Assembly: GCA_002633005.1 (NCBI GenBank)
Contig: NMRA01000254.1
Coordinates: 217,722-281,721, forward strand
Reading direction: 5' to 3'
Source of the DNA: Phoronis australis
Lineage: Eukaryota > Animalia > Phoronida
DNA: 64,000 nt
Shown here: positions 1 to 12,900 of the stretch, one piece after another
Numbering within the stretch: position 1 is the stretch's first letter
How the letters are laid out: the number at the start of each line of letters is the position of its first letter
Program-made: the position numbers and the translations under genes
Notes under the pieces: generated by a model
Database searches by the model: none
The model's input: only the letters and a program-made list of their open reading frames with translations
Told to the model about the DNA's origin: nothing

Positions 1-237
1 CTTTGTCTAAAGCTGTTGACATGTTGGCTGTGAAGCAACAATTTGAGTTGATTCAAAATCAACAGCTTTGAACTAGTCAGCATACACATACTTTCCATAA
101 TTATTGCAACTACATCGCAGGGCCCTAGGCCATCCCACTGTACTCGAGGCTCTACTGAAAAATTGGCCCTATCATACAGCAAGCTTTGATTCAACTAAAG
201 TTTCACGAGATGTGATTGGTTAATTTTGTTGTTACAG

Positions 238-993
238 CCATTCTTGCTGGTAAGGATTACAAGATGACGATGAAAGATATATACATTGGTGCCCTCATGC
301 CACCCAGAAGTCAAACTGCGTCAAATATATTCCTGGGTCACGTAAAGAACGTCATCATTGATGGTGTAAAGTATTTCGACGTCGTCGGTGGCTGGCCCAA
401 CATTCCTGGCACCAACATCACTGGTAAACCGCCGAGTCGTCGTGAAACACCGCAGCCATTGAATCCCAGTACGTTCAAAACACCAGAGGCCCATGTGACC
501 CTGACCCAGCTGACTCGGGGAACTCGGTTGGCTCTCATGTTCAAAACCAAAGAACCGAACGGCCTGATCATGTACAACGGTCCAGCTCGTGGCTATGATG
601 ATTTCCTTGCTCTGGAATTGCGGAACGGCAACCTGGTCTATACGTTCAACACAGGCGGAAAAATTTCCATGATTGTTGCACGTACGCGGGCGCCACTTAA
701 TGACGACCAGTGGCATTATGTTGAGATCACGCAGCCAAATGAGTTAAAGACAGTGATGGTGGTGGATGACGCCGTGCAAGAGATTAGGAACTCTGCGTCT
801 GACCCAGATTTCAATTTTGGCGGGAAACTCTACCTTGGTGGAATGCCCGAGGACATGTACGATGAACTGCCAAGCATTCTGGACTCACGTACGGGCTTTA
901 AGGGTTGTTTGGCATCACTGGATCTGGATGGCCGCGTGCCCAACCTGTTCACTGACACGTTGACTAGACACCCGAAAGTGGCTGAGGGATGTG
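238..993 (+). CDS. Exon: end of one LamG/LNS domain plus a complete neurexin LNS5-like LamG domain
   Basis: ttacag|CC acceptor, G|gtaagt donor. [13 protein letters not shown]...[13 protein letters not shown]...[10 protein letters not shown]...LYLGG...[18 protein letters not shown]...EGC parallels neurexin LNS5 (PLNDNQWHNV...LYIGG...GFQGCLASVDLNGRLPDL...RGC). Confidence 0.92.
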
Positions 994-3900
994 GTAAGTT
1001 AGGTTACATGATTCATTTGAAAGGTGTCTTGCGATTTCGTCGAGGTCACATCACGTGATCATGGTAATGTTATCTGACAGTGCTCGCCACTTGTTACAAA
1101 GTACCAAAATGGCTATGTTTTAATGCTGAATTATGGGAGGAAATGGTACATAAACACACAGGATACTACGTCAGGGGACTCCCATCCTTTTTTACTTTTC
1201 CCAGGACGTGTTTCATTGGGTATATCAGCCTGCCACACCTCTGTCAAGTCAAGCCACAAACTATCCGTGCAGTGCATGGGACTGCGCTAATGGCGATAAC
1301 GGTTTCTATGAAATGCTTTTTGGCAACACGTAATAGGTTTCAAAATGTCCTGGACAACAAAATTCAACAAAGTTTCGATGCACAAAACTACGACAAAATA
1401 TCCATTTTATTGTCCGCAAGTGTCTAATTCTGGCTAAATCTCAACAAAATCTCAACAGCTGTTGCTCCAAGCATGTTGCCAAAATAGCAACAAGTTTGAT
1501 GCGTAAGTCCATTCATAAATAAATAATTAATTGCTAGATGCAAAAACGTTACATTAGCTCTTACAAAAGTTCAACAAAACACCATTTTATTGCGCCTAAA
1601 GTTTGACAAAACTGTCAAGTAATTCAAATTGACAGAATCTGGCAAAGTTGTGTCGAAGAGTGTCTAGTTTATTTTGAAAACCGGTGTATTTGTAGACAGG
1701 TGTGTTTTGCTCTTCACGATAGCAATGCAGTGTGCAGTGTTTTAAAGGAATGAATTCGTTGGTTGCAATGCAAAGGGAGGTTGAAATTGATGATCCTACA
1801 TCTGTTGCGCCTGACGAAAGTTGAATTTATTTTGCAGGTAACTTCTGCGATGAGGACACCTGCCTTAACGGTGGTCGTTGTCTGCCGAATGACAAGTGTG
1901 ACTGTTCACTTACCTCCTACACTGGAGAGTTCTGCAGTCAGCGTATGTTTGACCCGTAACGGCTATTAGTTGCTATAAATTGCATCTTGGCGATTTCAAC
2001 AATATTTAGTTGTACTTAACTATCAATTCTTAGAATGTAATCCATCCTGGAAAGTTCATAATCAGAGACATGTTAAATCTGTTCAACTGAACTAGGGTAC
2101 TTAGTAAAAATCCTCAAGCCCTCGGGAGCATCAGGTATCCTACTTGGAATGGTCCTATCTATCGCGAACACAGCAGGAAGCTCCACCTGTCCTGCCTTTC
2201 TAATCATACCACATGACACTCCCGTGGTTTTCACGACAAAGTTAGGCTTCATGTAGGTTTATGTTTTTTGTCTATTTAAAGATGACTAGTGGAAAATAAT
2301 TTTCTCCAATTTTCCAATTCTGTACCACACTACTAACATACCAATCTTTTGAAAAACTAAAGCATTCCACTGTGTTATAATATTAAGTCCTTGAAAACTG
2401 AAAAAGGACAATTTTGGTAAGAATTTTTGTCAGAAATTGATGAGATTCATTAGTGCCCTGTAGCCCTGCTCTGTTCTTGTATTTTAGAGGAGAACGGTTT
2501 CCGTATTGGCGAGCACAACAAGCCAGGGATGTTGAGATACAGGTTCCCAAGTGGGAACTTGCCCTCTTCCACCAAGGACATGGTAGCGTTTGGGTTCATG
2601 ACCTATGACTGCAATGGCGTGCTGTTCCGTGCTGAAAGTGAAGATAAATCAGAGTTTATTGAAGCTCGTCTGGTGGGTCTGACTTTGTAAACTTTTTGAC
2701 TGCATCATTCTGTGGAGTTTGATTTGAAATTTCTGCAAAATTATGTTAATATGTTTTTTTGTGCATATTTTTGGTTTTGGCTGATCAAATGACAGGCCCG
2801 TGAGTGTCAGCTTTCAGCACAATGATTTGTGCACTCAGATTACTTCTAATTTGAGTATGGTACAAGTAATTGAGACCCATAATGTCATGGTAATGTATGC
2901 ACCAAAAGTAATCGCACAATACGCCAATTCTTGTTATGATGTCCAGCCCCGTTTACTGTGAAAATGATACTGATCACGTTTCACTTGGTCAAATTCTAAG
3001 CGATTGTTGAATCCCTTTGCTAACTTGTAAATTTTCGGTCATTTTGTAGCAAGATGCACAACTACTGTAGCGATACATTGGGCTTGCTGTCAGCTGTCAT
3101 GCCAGGAACTGCCAGGTTATTTTGTGCTATTAGTTTTGGGGCAATCAAAGTAGGTGCAGATGTGTTTTCATGATCGATTTCCGCGTCAAAAAATTCTTTT
3201 CTTTATTAGGAAAATGGCGATGTTGTCGTTGAATGGAGGGTTGGTGACACAACATCAAGGATTGTGGAGCGTCGTCAGAGCTTCTGTGATGGCCGCTATC
3301 ATATTTTGCGGTTTGAAAGGGATGGGGCTTTGGCCTCACTATCTGTTGACGACTTGTTGCCCAATGAGAAGATTTCACCAGGTAAGATCAACGTCTAGAA
3401 AATGAAACTGAATTAATGTTATTTTATCTAGGTAATCTAGAAATGATGTAAACTGACACAGCGGAATTTACAGTAATGTAAAACATGGCTGACACTGGCC
3501 ATCTTGCACCATGTCATTTTGTACCCCGTCAAAGTTAACTTCTACACTGTACATGTCTAGTTTTTGCATTGAATATTTTTGAGCAGTAGCAGTCTATCAA
3601 ACCTGCAAGGCTATGAACCCATTTTTCTAATCTTGAGTTTCGAGCTCATGTTTTGTTTCTTTGAAATTGACGTATAGGATAATCTGGAGACAGTATAATG
3701 GGAAACATACAGAGTACAATGACACATTGTTGTATTGTTTGGTTTTCTTTATGCACTATAATCACGTATAGTGATGTGTGTGAGGCTTGTTATTGCTGCC
3801 CTGTGAGTAATTTTAACTTGTTTCATTAACAGATTCAGACAGAACATTCAGCCGCATATCTGTGGCGACGATTGGTGGAAAACAGTCGTCATCAAACATC

Positions 3901-6900
3901 ATTGACAACCCTCTGAACAGCATCATTGCAGGTATGGCCATTGACAATTGTACAAAATCTTGAATAGTCCCAGTGTCTGTGTATTTAGTCTAAAGCATAA
4001 TTGTAATGGAGGAGCGTACTGCTATGTATTAAGATACTGGTATGTAGTTTTATTTGAATTATGGTGACCACTGGTCATTGTTAAGCTGGGATGTTTGCTT
4101 TATTGAAGCTAAACTACTCCGTTTCATCCGTGAGTTCTAGATTTCTGCATTTGTGTAATGTTTTTTTATTTTTTTTTCCACAACTTCGATGAAATTTGTC
4201 AATATTTTTAAAAATCACTGTTCAAGGATCATTAATCAGCAACACTTTCTTCAATGCAGGACTTTACTTCAACGGTAAGGAGATCATAAAACTGGCAGAG
4301 CGCAATGCCCCAGGAACCACCCTCATGAGGGATATTCGCCTGATTCCTCCGCCATTCCGCCTGGATGCACCTACCGTCACGTGAGTACGGAGTACTTTCT
4401 ATGGTTTGAAGTTTTCGGTCTTTCCAGTCTCTAGGGATTAGAATGCCATAATAATTAGGATTGGTAATTACAGAGAGTTTTCAAACTCACTTCAAACTCT
4501 TCTTTACATTTTGATAATGGCATTGGTTTGTTTTAAAGATTTAGGTGACCGAGTCTTACACTGTTTCTGTTTATATGCTTAAACAAGGTTCAGTCAATGA
4601 AAAGCGTTAAGTCTAATAGATAGCTGTGTAAACTTATCGCGTGGTCTTCATTCATTCCAGTCAGACGCCATCCCCGCCTAGAGAAACGTTCTGTGTTGTT
4701 GAACAGGATGGGTCAACATGCCGTAACTATGGCCTCTGTCTCGTTGACTACTGCAACTGTAACTTTACGGCCTATGCGGGACCGTACTGCACAGCAGGTA
4801 AAGAGTTTCTTAGAATATTGTGTCTCTCCTTGCCCTGTCCTCACTTTTCAATGCCAAGTGCTTTGATGCAAACTTCTGTCAATTTTACAGAAATTTTTTG
4901 TTTAAAATTTTTAAATCAAATGGATATTTTGTTTTACAGACAGTTGCATTTGTCTGAGGGGAAACTAAACTGTCATTTGTACAGTGACAGCAGATTTGGA
5001 CAGCTTTCATCGCCTTTGTTACAACCGGAGGAATTGCCTAAGTCTCTATGGCACAGTGAATGACCCTACTCACTCCTATGTGAAACCCAGTAAAATCTCA
5101 TCTCATTGTGTAATGCGTAGTAATATCTGGTGGAAAATTGAGTGATCTTGCCACACTCAAAAGATACGGTACTAGCCTCGTTTCACTGGCACCCATTTAC
5201 ATTTTTCTGCAGCCTGTTACTATTTTTCAGTTATACAGAATACCTTGGTCACACTGTTCAGTGGTCAAATCTAGTTCGAACTTTAAAATCAGCGCTTATG
5301 CACACAACGACATATTAATGGACATTTCGGTTGTCTTTAAATCATTTTCAAGACAAAATTTCACAATATTCCAACCATCTAACACAGATGGAGAACAGAC
5401 TGTACAGGTGCATATCAAAATGCATTGTGAGGGGAGAGACCAGTAATCAAAACAGTTGGAGCTCAAATGAACCAATGTTTCTATTCAGATAGTGCTCAGC
5501 ATGATTCAGCCATATATGCATAGTCTCCTTTATGAGGAACCTGAGTGTGGCATTATCCTTGTCCAAGATATAGACACCAGAGTAATCTAAGTGTGACCAG
5601 TTGTCAATGAATTGTTAAGAACAGCACTGTGTGTGTCTTTACAGTGTTCTTATCAACATCGTAATCAAAGAACACTGTAAAAACACACGCAATTCATTTA
5701 CACTGTCACATTAAGTACGGAACAAAAACTACGCAGTATAAATTACAGCTCCCATCACTGATTATCAATATGTTATTTCAGAACCCTTTGGTTTGTACTT
5801 TGGTCGAAATGGTCAATCAGGCATCGGCCGCGTGATTCTAGATGGTGGTGAGAAAACTAACACAGATAAGGTAGCCATCGGCTTCATGACGCACTACCCT
5901 AATGGCGTCCTCTACAGGGGAAGTAATGAAGATGGACAGTATCTGGAGGTCTCTATGGTGAGTTGATTGTTTCAGTTTTCCCCTAGTGTCTGAGATTCAT
6001 TTTTTGTATGTTGGGATACCTCAACTTTGACGACTGTTAGCTGTGGAAGCCTGGCAGAAATAATGTGTTCGTGTGAAAGAGCTACCAAGCTATTGTTTGA
6101 GGTTATTTTGGACCTTAAAAATGTCCAATTTTTTTACTAACTTCAGAACATTATGTCTCAGAAATGGCTGATTGGATTCTCATGAAACTTGCACATACTA
6201 TGCCTTACGCACTGCTTTCCAACGGCTGTTAGGAATTGTTTTGGAAAATCGGTAAATCTGGGTCCCGTTCCACGAAAACTGACTTAGCTAAGGCAGATCT
6301 TAACTTTCAGTCAATATTAAGATAAGACTTAAATTTGTCGCATGTTCATTTCAAAAAAGAGATCTTATGTTCGACTTAAGTTTTTGACTTCACTTTTGTC
6401 TTAATTTTGACTATCTTATCAGATGTAGAAGTTTCAAAGTTCAGAATTTGAGACAAATCTTAGACTTAAGTAAAAAATGAACTTAAGTCAGTTTCTTGGA
6501 ACGGGTGTTATTATGAAGCTGTTCTGTTGATGCCAGGTAGAATATTCAGTGTTGCAAATAAGCAAATATTATGACTGCAAGAATTCTCTTTTTTTGGGAA
6601 ATTTTACTACACAATTGTGCTGTGCAGTGCTATGTAGTGCTATGTAGTGCTATGTAGTGCTATGCAGTGCTATGCAGTGCTATGCAGTGCTATGTAGTGT
6701 TATGCAGTGCTATGCAGTGCTATGTAGTGCTATGCAGTGCTATGCAGTGCTATGCAGTGCTATGCAGTGCTATGGAGTGCTATGTAGTGCTGTGCAGTGC
6801 TATGCAGTGCTATGCAGTGCTATGCAGTGCTATGCAGTGCTGTGCAGTGCTATGTAGTGCTATGCAGTGCTATGCAGTGCTGTGCAGTGCTATGCAGTGC

Positions 6901-9900
6901 TCTTTATCAACAAGTCTGTGTATTTAACCAACTATCTTAAAACTATAGTGAATTGTAAATGACTGAATATATTTTCTGAAAGAAAAAGTCTATTAACTTT
7001 TACCAATCTGCCATTCATTGAGTCATGTGCTCAGGTATTTTTTGTACACTTTTAAAAGCCAAAAAGAATTATGGAACGCTCATAGCAAAACGACGGTATC
7101 AATAACGTGACCTAATTTCATTTCATGCAGACTCATGTTAAAAGATTTTTTTCAATAAAACTCCATCGTACAGAAGTGAATCAATTTAAAATCGGTTCAC
7201 AACAGTGTTTTGGATAAATGCGCATAAAGAATTGTATGTGAAACTTTGGTATGAATCCAACTAGCCGTTTCCAAGGTATGGCATTCACATGTCAGCCAAA
7301 TTTGAACAATTTTCTAGGGTCCTATGTGACCTTAAAGTTCAAAGGAAATTACCATGGAGTTAGTTCTTGTCTTAACACATAAACTTATTATGAATGATGT
7401 TCTTATAGGTGGATGGTTATGTCGTCAGTAAATATGACCTTGGCTATGGCGAGCAGACGGTGTCGAGCTCCGAGCCTTTCAACGACGGAGAGTATCATGT
7501 GTACCGCTTTCACCGACAGAATGGAAATGTCAAGATACGTCTTGACGACTTCATGCCACAAGTGAGGCGTAGATCAGGTAGGAGATTTCTTTAATTGACT
7601 TCACCCCCCCATATTACTTTCTGTTTTATGCTGGCAAGGAGGTTATGGTTTTCAGGTGCATGTTATTGACATTGTCTCTTGTCAAACATGGATGAAAAAG
7701 TACTTTTGCAGTTATAGTACTTGACGGATGCTGTTTACAAAATGTCATACAAGGGAATTTTTTATTGAATTAGGCAACAAAACGAAGATGGCAATTGAAA
7801 TTTCACAAAAACAGTTATTGTGCTTTTCTCATTTTTTAAGGTCTTCTCATGTTGCAAGTGCCTGTAAGTTTCCAAAATTTTGTACGGTCCGTGGTAGATA
7901 TACAATACTTGAACATGGTAAAGCATTAATTTGGTGCCTTTTGTTTTATATGAAGAGAAGAGATAATTAAATTTCTGGAATGGGACTCTAGCCTCTAGGG
8001 TCTTACATGGGTCTCGCATTTTGAGAACCATTTTTTTCTGCTCAAGAACAAGCATCAAACTTAAAATCCAGGACCCCTGACTACTATCCATAGTAGTAGG
8101 CTGTTACTCTTGTTACACAGAATTTTTTACCATCTTTTTAGGTATTGTCTTGCTCAAACCCCAGACATCCTTCAATGTTGGTGCTCAGGATTACATAAGA
8201 GGGCGCTACATTAAGAGGTTCAACGGCATCTTGGGAGGTCAGTTATTTGTCAGGATTTTGTTGTGTTGTTAATTGTAGTCATGTGTGAGGAAATGGGGTG
8301 TGGATTAAGGTCCCAGCCCACATAATCGAAATCACTAACTTCAAACACTAGTTGGCATCAGCGAACCGTCACCATGAACTGATCAGGGAACTCCATTTGG
8401 GCTTTGGTGTTGTGCGTAATTAGGTCAAGACTTACTTGCCATAATGAAGAACTAATTGAAACAAAGGGTTCCTCTAAAGATGGTGCTGCATTTGGCTTCA
8501 AATCCAGTCGAAATATGGTTTTGCTCAGGTTTACGTTGTGAATTTGACAGACTACATTTTCACCACAACAGTGGCTATTGATTACAAATTCAGTGTTAGC
8601 TAATTACTGAAGTCAAGTCTTAACGATTTCTTGGACCACCGTTCTGGTGTTTTCCAGGTGGTCATTTTGAAATGCTTTTTGTACGTTATTATTCTTATTG
8701 AGTTTCGTCATCCTGTCTTGTAGTTCTTAATCTTGTCCTGTTCTTTGCATGTGTTTGTCTCGACTGTTAATGTCAATCAACCAATTCCTGCAGGGGTCAA
8801 CTACAACAACCAGTACATCCTAGACAACAGAAACATCGTCAAGGATGGCGACGTCACTATTGCTACGCATAAATTCAAGCTAGTGGACATTCCAAGTAAG
8901 TTAGGTCATCCAATGAACTCGTTATTCAAGAATTTTGGACCCTGAAATGGCTGCCGGAAATTTATGTCCCAGGGCTGTTTTGTTCAGAGTACTGCAGAGA
9001 GTGTCGTATCAGGGTTTTCTGCAGTTTAAAACAAAATTGATATCAGAGTGCAGTATCAACGTTTTGATATTAGGCAAATATCCTGAGGTACAAGAGTTGT
9101 ACCATTGTACACGAGGCTGATTTTTGCCTGATATTGAAATGTCGTTCGTGCTACACTCTAGCGCTGTTGTCAACTTCCCGCTTCCAATTTGGCCCAAAAA
9201 AATGAATGTTATTTTTCGCAATTTATTAATTAGCAGTTTATGAAGTTAGTTATCAGGTCTGAATACCGTTTATGGTCAAGTAATTATCAGTTGTAGCATT
9301 TTGTTCTCATAAACAACCCAGTGTCAGGTTTACAAGAACCTACCTATCACTGTCTCAATTATGACCAAGTGTGATGTTTCCTAAAACAGAACACGTTCTA
9401 GATTTTGAGCCCAGTGTACTCTGAGTAACACTAAGAATCCCCACTATCCTTTAAGGATGAATTTTATGCCCAAAATCGAAATTCAAAGTTTTGTTGAGAA
9501 ATTCAGAAACGTGTGTTACGGTGTGTGTTGCTGCTTTGATTTAGTGAATGTACGCAGACCATCACTAAGAAGTGTTCAGGTTTCCTAATATTACATTTTG
9601 CTCTATCTCAATTGTATTTGGATACCTGTGCCCGGTTGCATGAAACAGTCCCAAATAGGGACTCAACTAAGGTACCTAACTCTTTTGCGAATTTGTTTCC
9701 GTCTTTACTCACAAATGTGGCTCAGGTGTTTGGTGCAATGGACCCAGCCATGAGGCCTGCACACGTCTTATGCACCACAAATGACATCAGACCACTTGCA
9801 CTGTTTTTTTTTTTACTAATTTTGATATCTTTATTATCAGCTCCTCTTTGACTTATGACATTTTCTAATAAAACAATTAAGAACTGAGGCCTTATTTCAG

Positions 9901-12900
9901 TCAAAATAAATAGGGACTTAGTCCTTAAATTTGGGGCGTTTCATAAATGACCCCTACATATTTACAGTAATATTGAGAATTCAATGTTGAATTCACTCTC
10001 GATTTGTATTGAAGCCAAATATTGTCTTCGTAATGAGACTCAAACAGAACACAAAAGAACGATCAATGTTTTCACAAGTCCACAAATATGCAGTAGATTT
10101 AGGAAACTTAGTCGAGTCCCTGTTTGGGAGTGTTTCATACAACTGGGCAATGTATATCTCAATGCCTTTAACATATCATGCAGTTCTAATACAATGTCAC
10201 TGTTACCAGTTGTCATCACAAACTGATAGTTTGCTGTATTACATACCACACTGTATTTGACTTCGAAAAACTATGGCCCTCACAAGGTACAAAATCCTTG
10301 ATCACACATATTCTGAGGAGCGTTTTTGGGAGCACATGACCTCACGTGCTCCTTTTATTACATGGTAATATCCTCTATAGATTTGAGCACAAACTTGCCG
10401 CATTCACAGTGTTATGGCCTTCAGTGGATTTTGTGTAAAATCACTTTCGAGGACTTCACAACCATGTTGATTGTTTGCAGAGACATTCTGTACGGAGGAT
10501 GGAGCTGACGGCAAACTGTGTAGACATGGCGGCATTTGTGTGAATGGCGAGTATTGTGACTGTTCCAAGACCTCGTACATTGGACCTTACTGCAATAACT
10601 GTAAGTAGCTGTGTCGGACAGGGTCTGAGCTCTACTGTTTGCGAGTTGGGGTACCCTTACTGTGGACGACTTTCAGTGATAGAGATCAGGCATTGATAGC
10701 TGTAGGACACCATCTGGGTTGAATCCACTGAGCAACAATTTGTTTGCTGGCACATGGTTTTTGATGCCTGAAGTACATTATACTTTTCACGTGCTGTCTT
10801 TATTCCTGACATTGAACCATGTAATGTGCTCTTTGATGATCCGGAGATAATAATCTATGTTGATCATTGTGCTTAATTTGTTACTGAATGATGTCCTTCA
10901 CTTTGATTGGACAGTTAGTCAGTAGATTTGACACCGGTCAGGAAACTTTGTTCTATCAGCTGGACGCAGTGAACAAGTGGACATATTGAAATGAAACATG
11001 ATAAGACATTTTGGATAGCAATTGATTAGAATCTGCTGTGTGGTCAGGCATGCTGTTTGCAAGTTGTGTTGAATTACATCTCACAAAACTGGTGGTGTGG
11101 TGCACAAATCTGTGGTCGTAATGAGATGGGTTCAGTCGCATCACAAGATTTTGTAAAAGTACCGTATGCTGTTGGTGACTAGGAAGGTTGTCGAGTTTCC
11201 TTTGTTTTCACTGGCTTTGAGCATTTCACGTTTTCATCAATTGAGACAATCTGCAATAATTATGCCTTTACATTTAGGTTGATAAAAAGTTTGGCATTGT
11301 TCACTTAGGCAACTATGGTGTTGGTGCACAACAGGAAATTGAGAAATCTAACATACGGTCACATTGGTACTAATCTTAGACCAATGTTGGCTGTCACATA
11401 TCGAAACACCGTTTCACCTTGTCTGATCTCATTCCAGACGATGTTGGTTATCGTTACAACACCACTTCTCGTAACAACATCATCAAGTTTGTCTACGCAG
11501 AGCCAAAGTCTGAGTCAATCGACGAGCTGACGTTTGGTTTCATGACTTACGACGAGGACGGCACATTGGTCAGAATTGACAACCAAGATGGCAGCCAGTA
11601 TATGGAGTTCCGCCTCGTAAGTCAAAAAGTCACATGTGTTGCAGTTTAATATTAAAACTGCATGTCAACCTGTTTAGATGATTGAATCAAAGTGGGTATC
11701 ATGATATTTATTATCATGAAAGAACTTTATTTGCCAACTAAGTCGCAGGCATTGTGTACATGCTGCTTTGTGTAATGGAAAAGGCTGCATTTTTCTTTGA
11801 ACATTTTCATTCACACCATTTTTGTTACTTGGTGCCCATCAAAGATTGGTCAACTCATTTTAGGTTAAAAATATGATTGGAATTGATTTTGTTAAATGTT
11901 CATACCTGGTGGTTAAATATTTTCTCAGGTGGGAGGTCAGTTGTGGCTGTATTACAACATGGGGAATGGTGAACAGAAGATTCGGGTCTCGTCCACAATC
12001 TACTCAGATGGCGCCTACCGACAAGTTCGTTTGATACGCGACCGTGGGACCCTGCGGGTTCTCGTCGGTGGTAAAGAGGTGTATTCTGGTGTGATACCGG
12101 GAATGGCTGTCGGCGGCAGATTCCGTGACCAACATGTCATTAGCCTGGGAGCTCATGAACTCCGAAATGGGCAACTGATTCGACCATTTGATGGCATCTT
12201 GGCGGGTAAGTATAACTGTTGAATTATCGTAGTGTCACACGTTAGCGCCATTCTCGAAATTGTGCTGCATGAAAGCCAATTAAAAACACGGTGATTAAAC
12301 AGCTCCGGGTCTCAAATAATCAAGGGCAGAAATTCTATGGCTGCTGTTCACTGTTTTACTTGATAGTCTAGTGCCTACGTCTAACTGAATACAAGTTACC
12401 AAAACGTGTGGAAATCAAGGAATAGATGCGTTGAAAGCCTTAAAAAATAAGTGACATGAATGTTCAAAACAATCTAAAATCATATCAAATATGCCATGCA
12501 GTTGGTAACTACAGTCAACTGCAGGTGAACATTGGGTCTGCAAAAGCGACCTTGTGCTGGTTTGGAATAAGCTCTGGGTCAAAAAATAAGTGATCAGGCT
12601 TTTGTGATAAAAGTGGCTTTACTGACCATGAGCAGACGCTTGTGAACTTTGTTTCACCCAAGTACAATGCTTTATAGTGCTTTATAGACTCAACTCAATC
12701 TCTGTCACAATAAACATTTAAAAATAAAAAATAAGCTTTCATTTGAATTTTCGAAGTTGGAAATGTTTTAATACTGCCGACTCAGTGAATACACTGTGGC
12801 CTTTATTATGGTGGGCATGACTGACTCACATGTGAGGCCACTGTAAACCCTCCCGGTACATCAATTACTCAGGGATATCTGGATTTGGGAAGAACTGACA

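Noticed and set aside
6657-6927. Cys-rich ORFs [14 protein letters not shown]...
   Set aside because: Translation of the 10-bp intronic minisatellite; not a metallothionein or keratin-associated protein.
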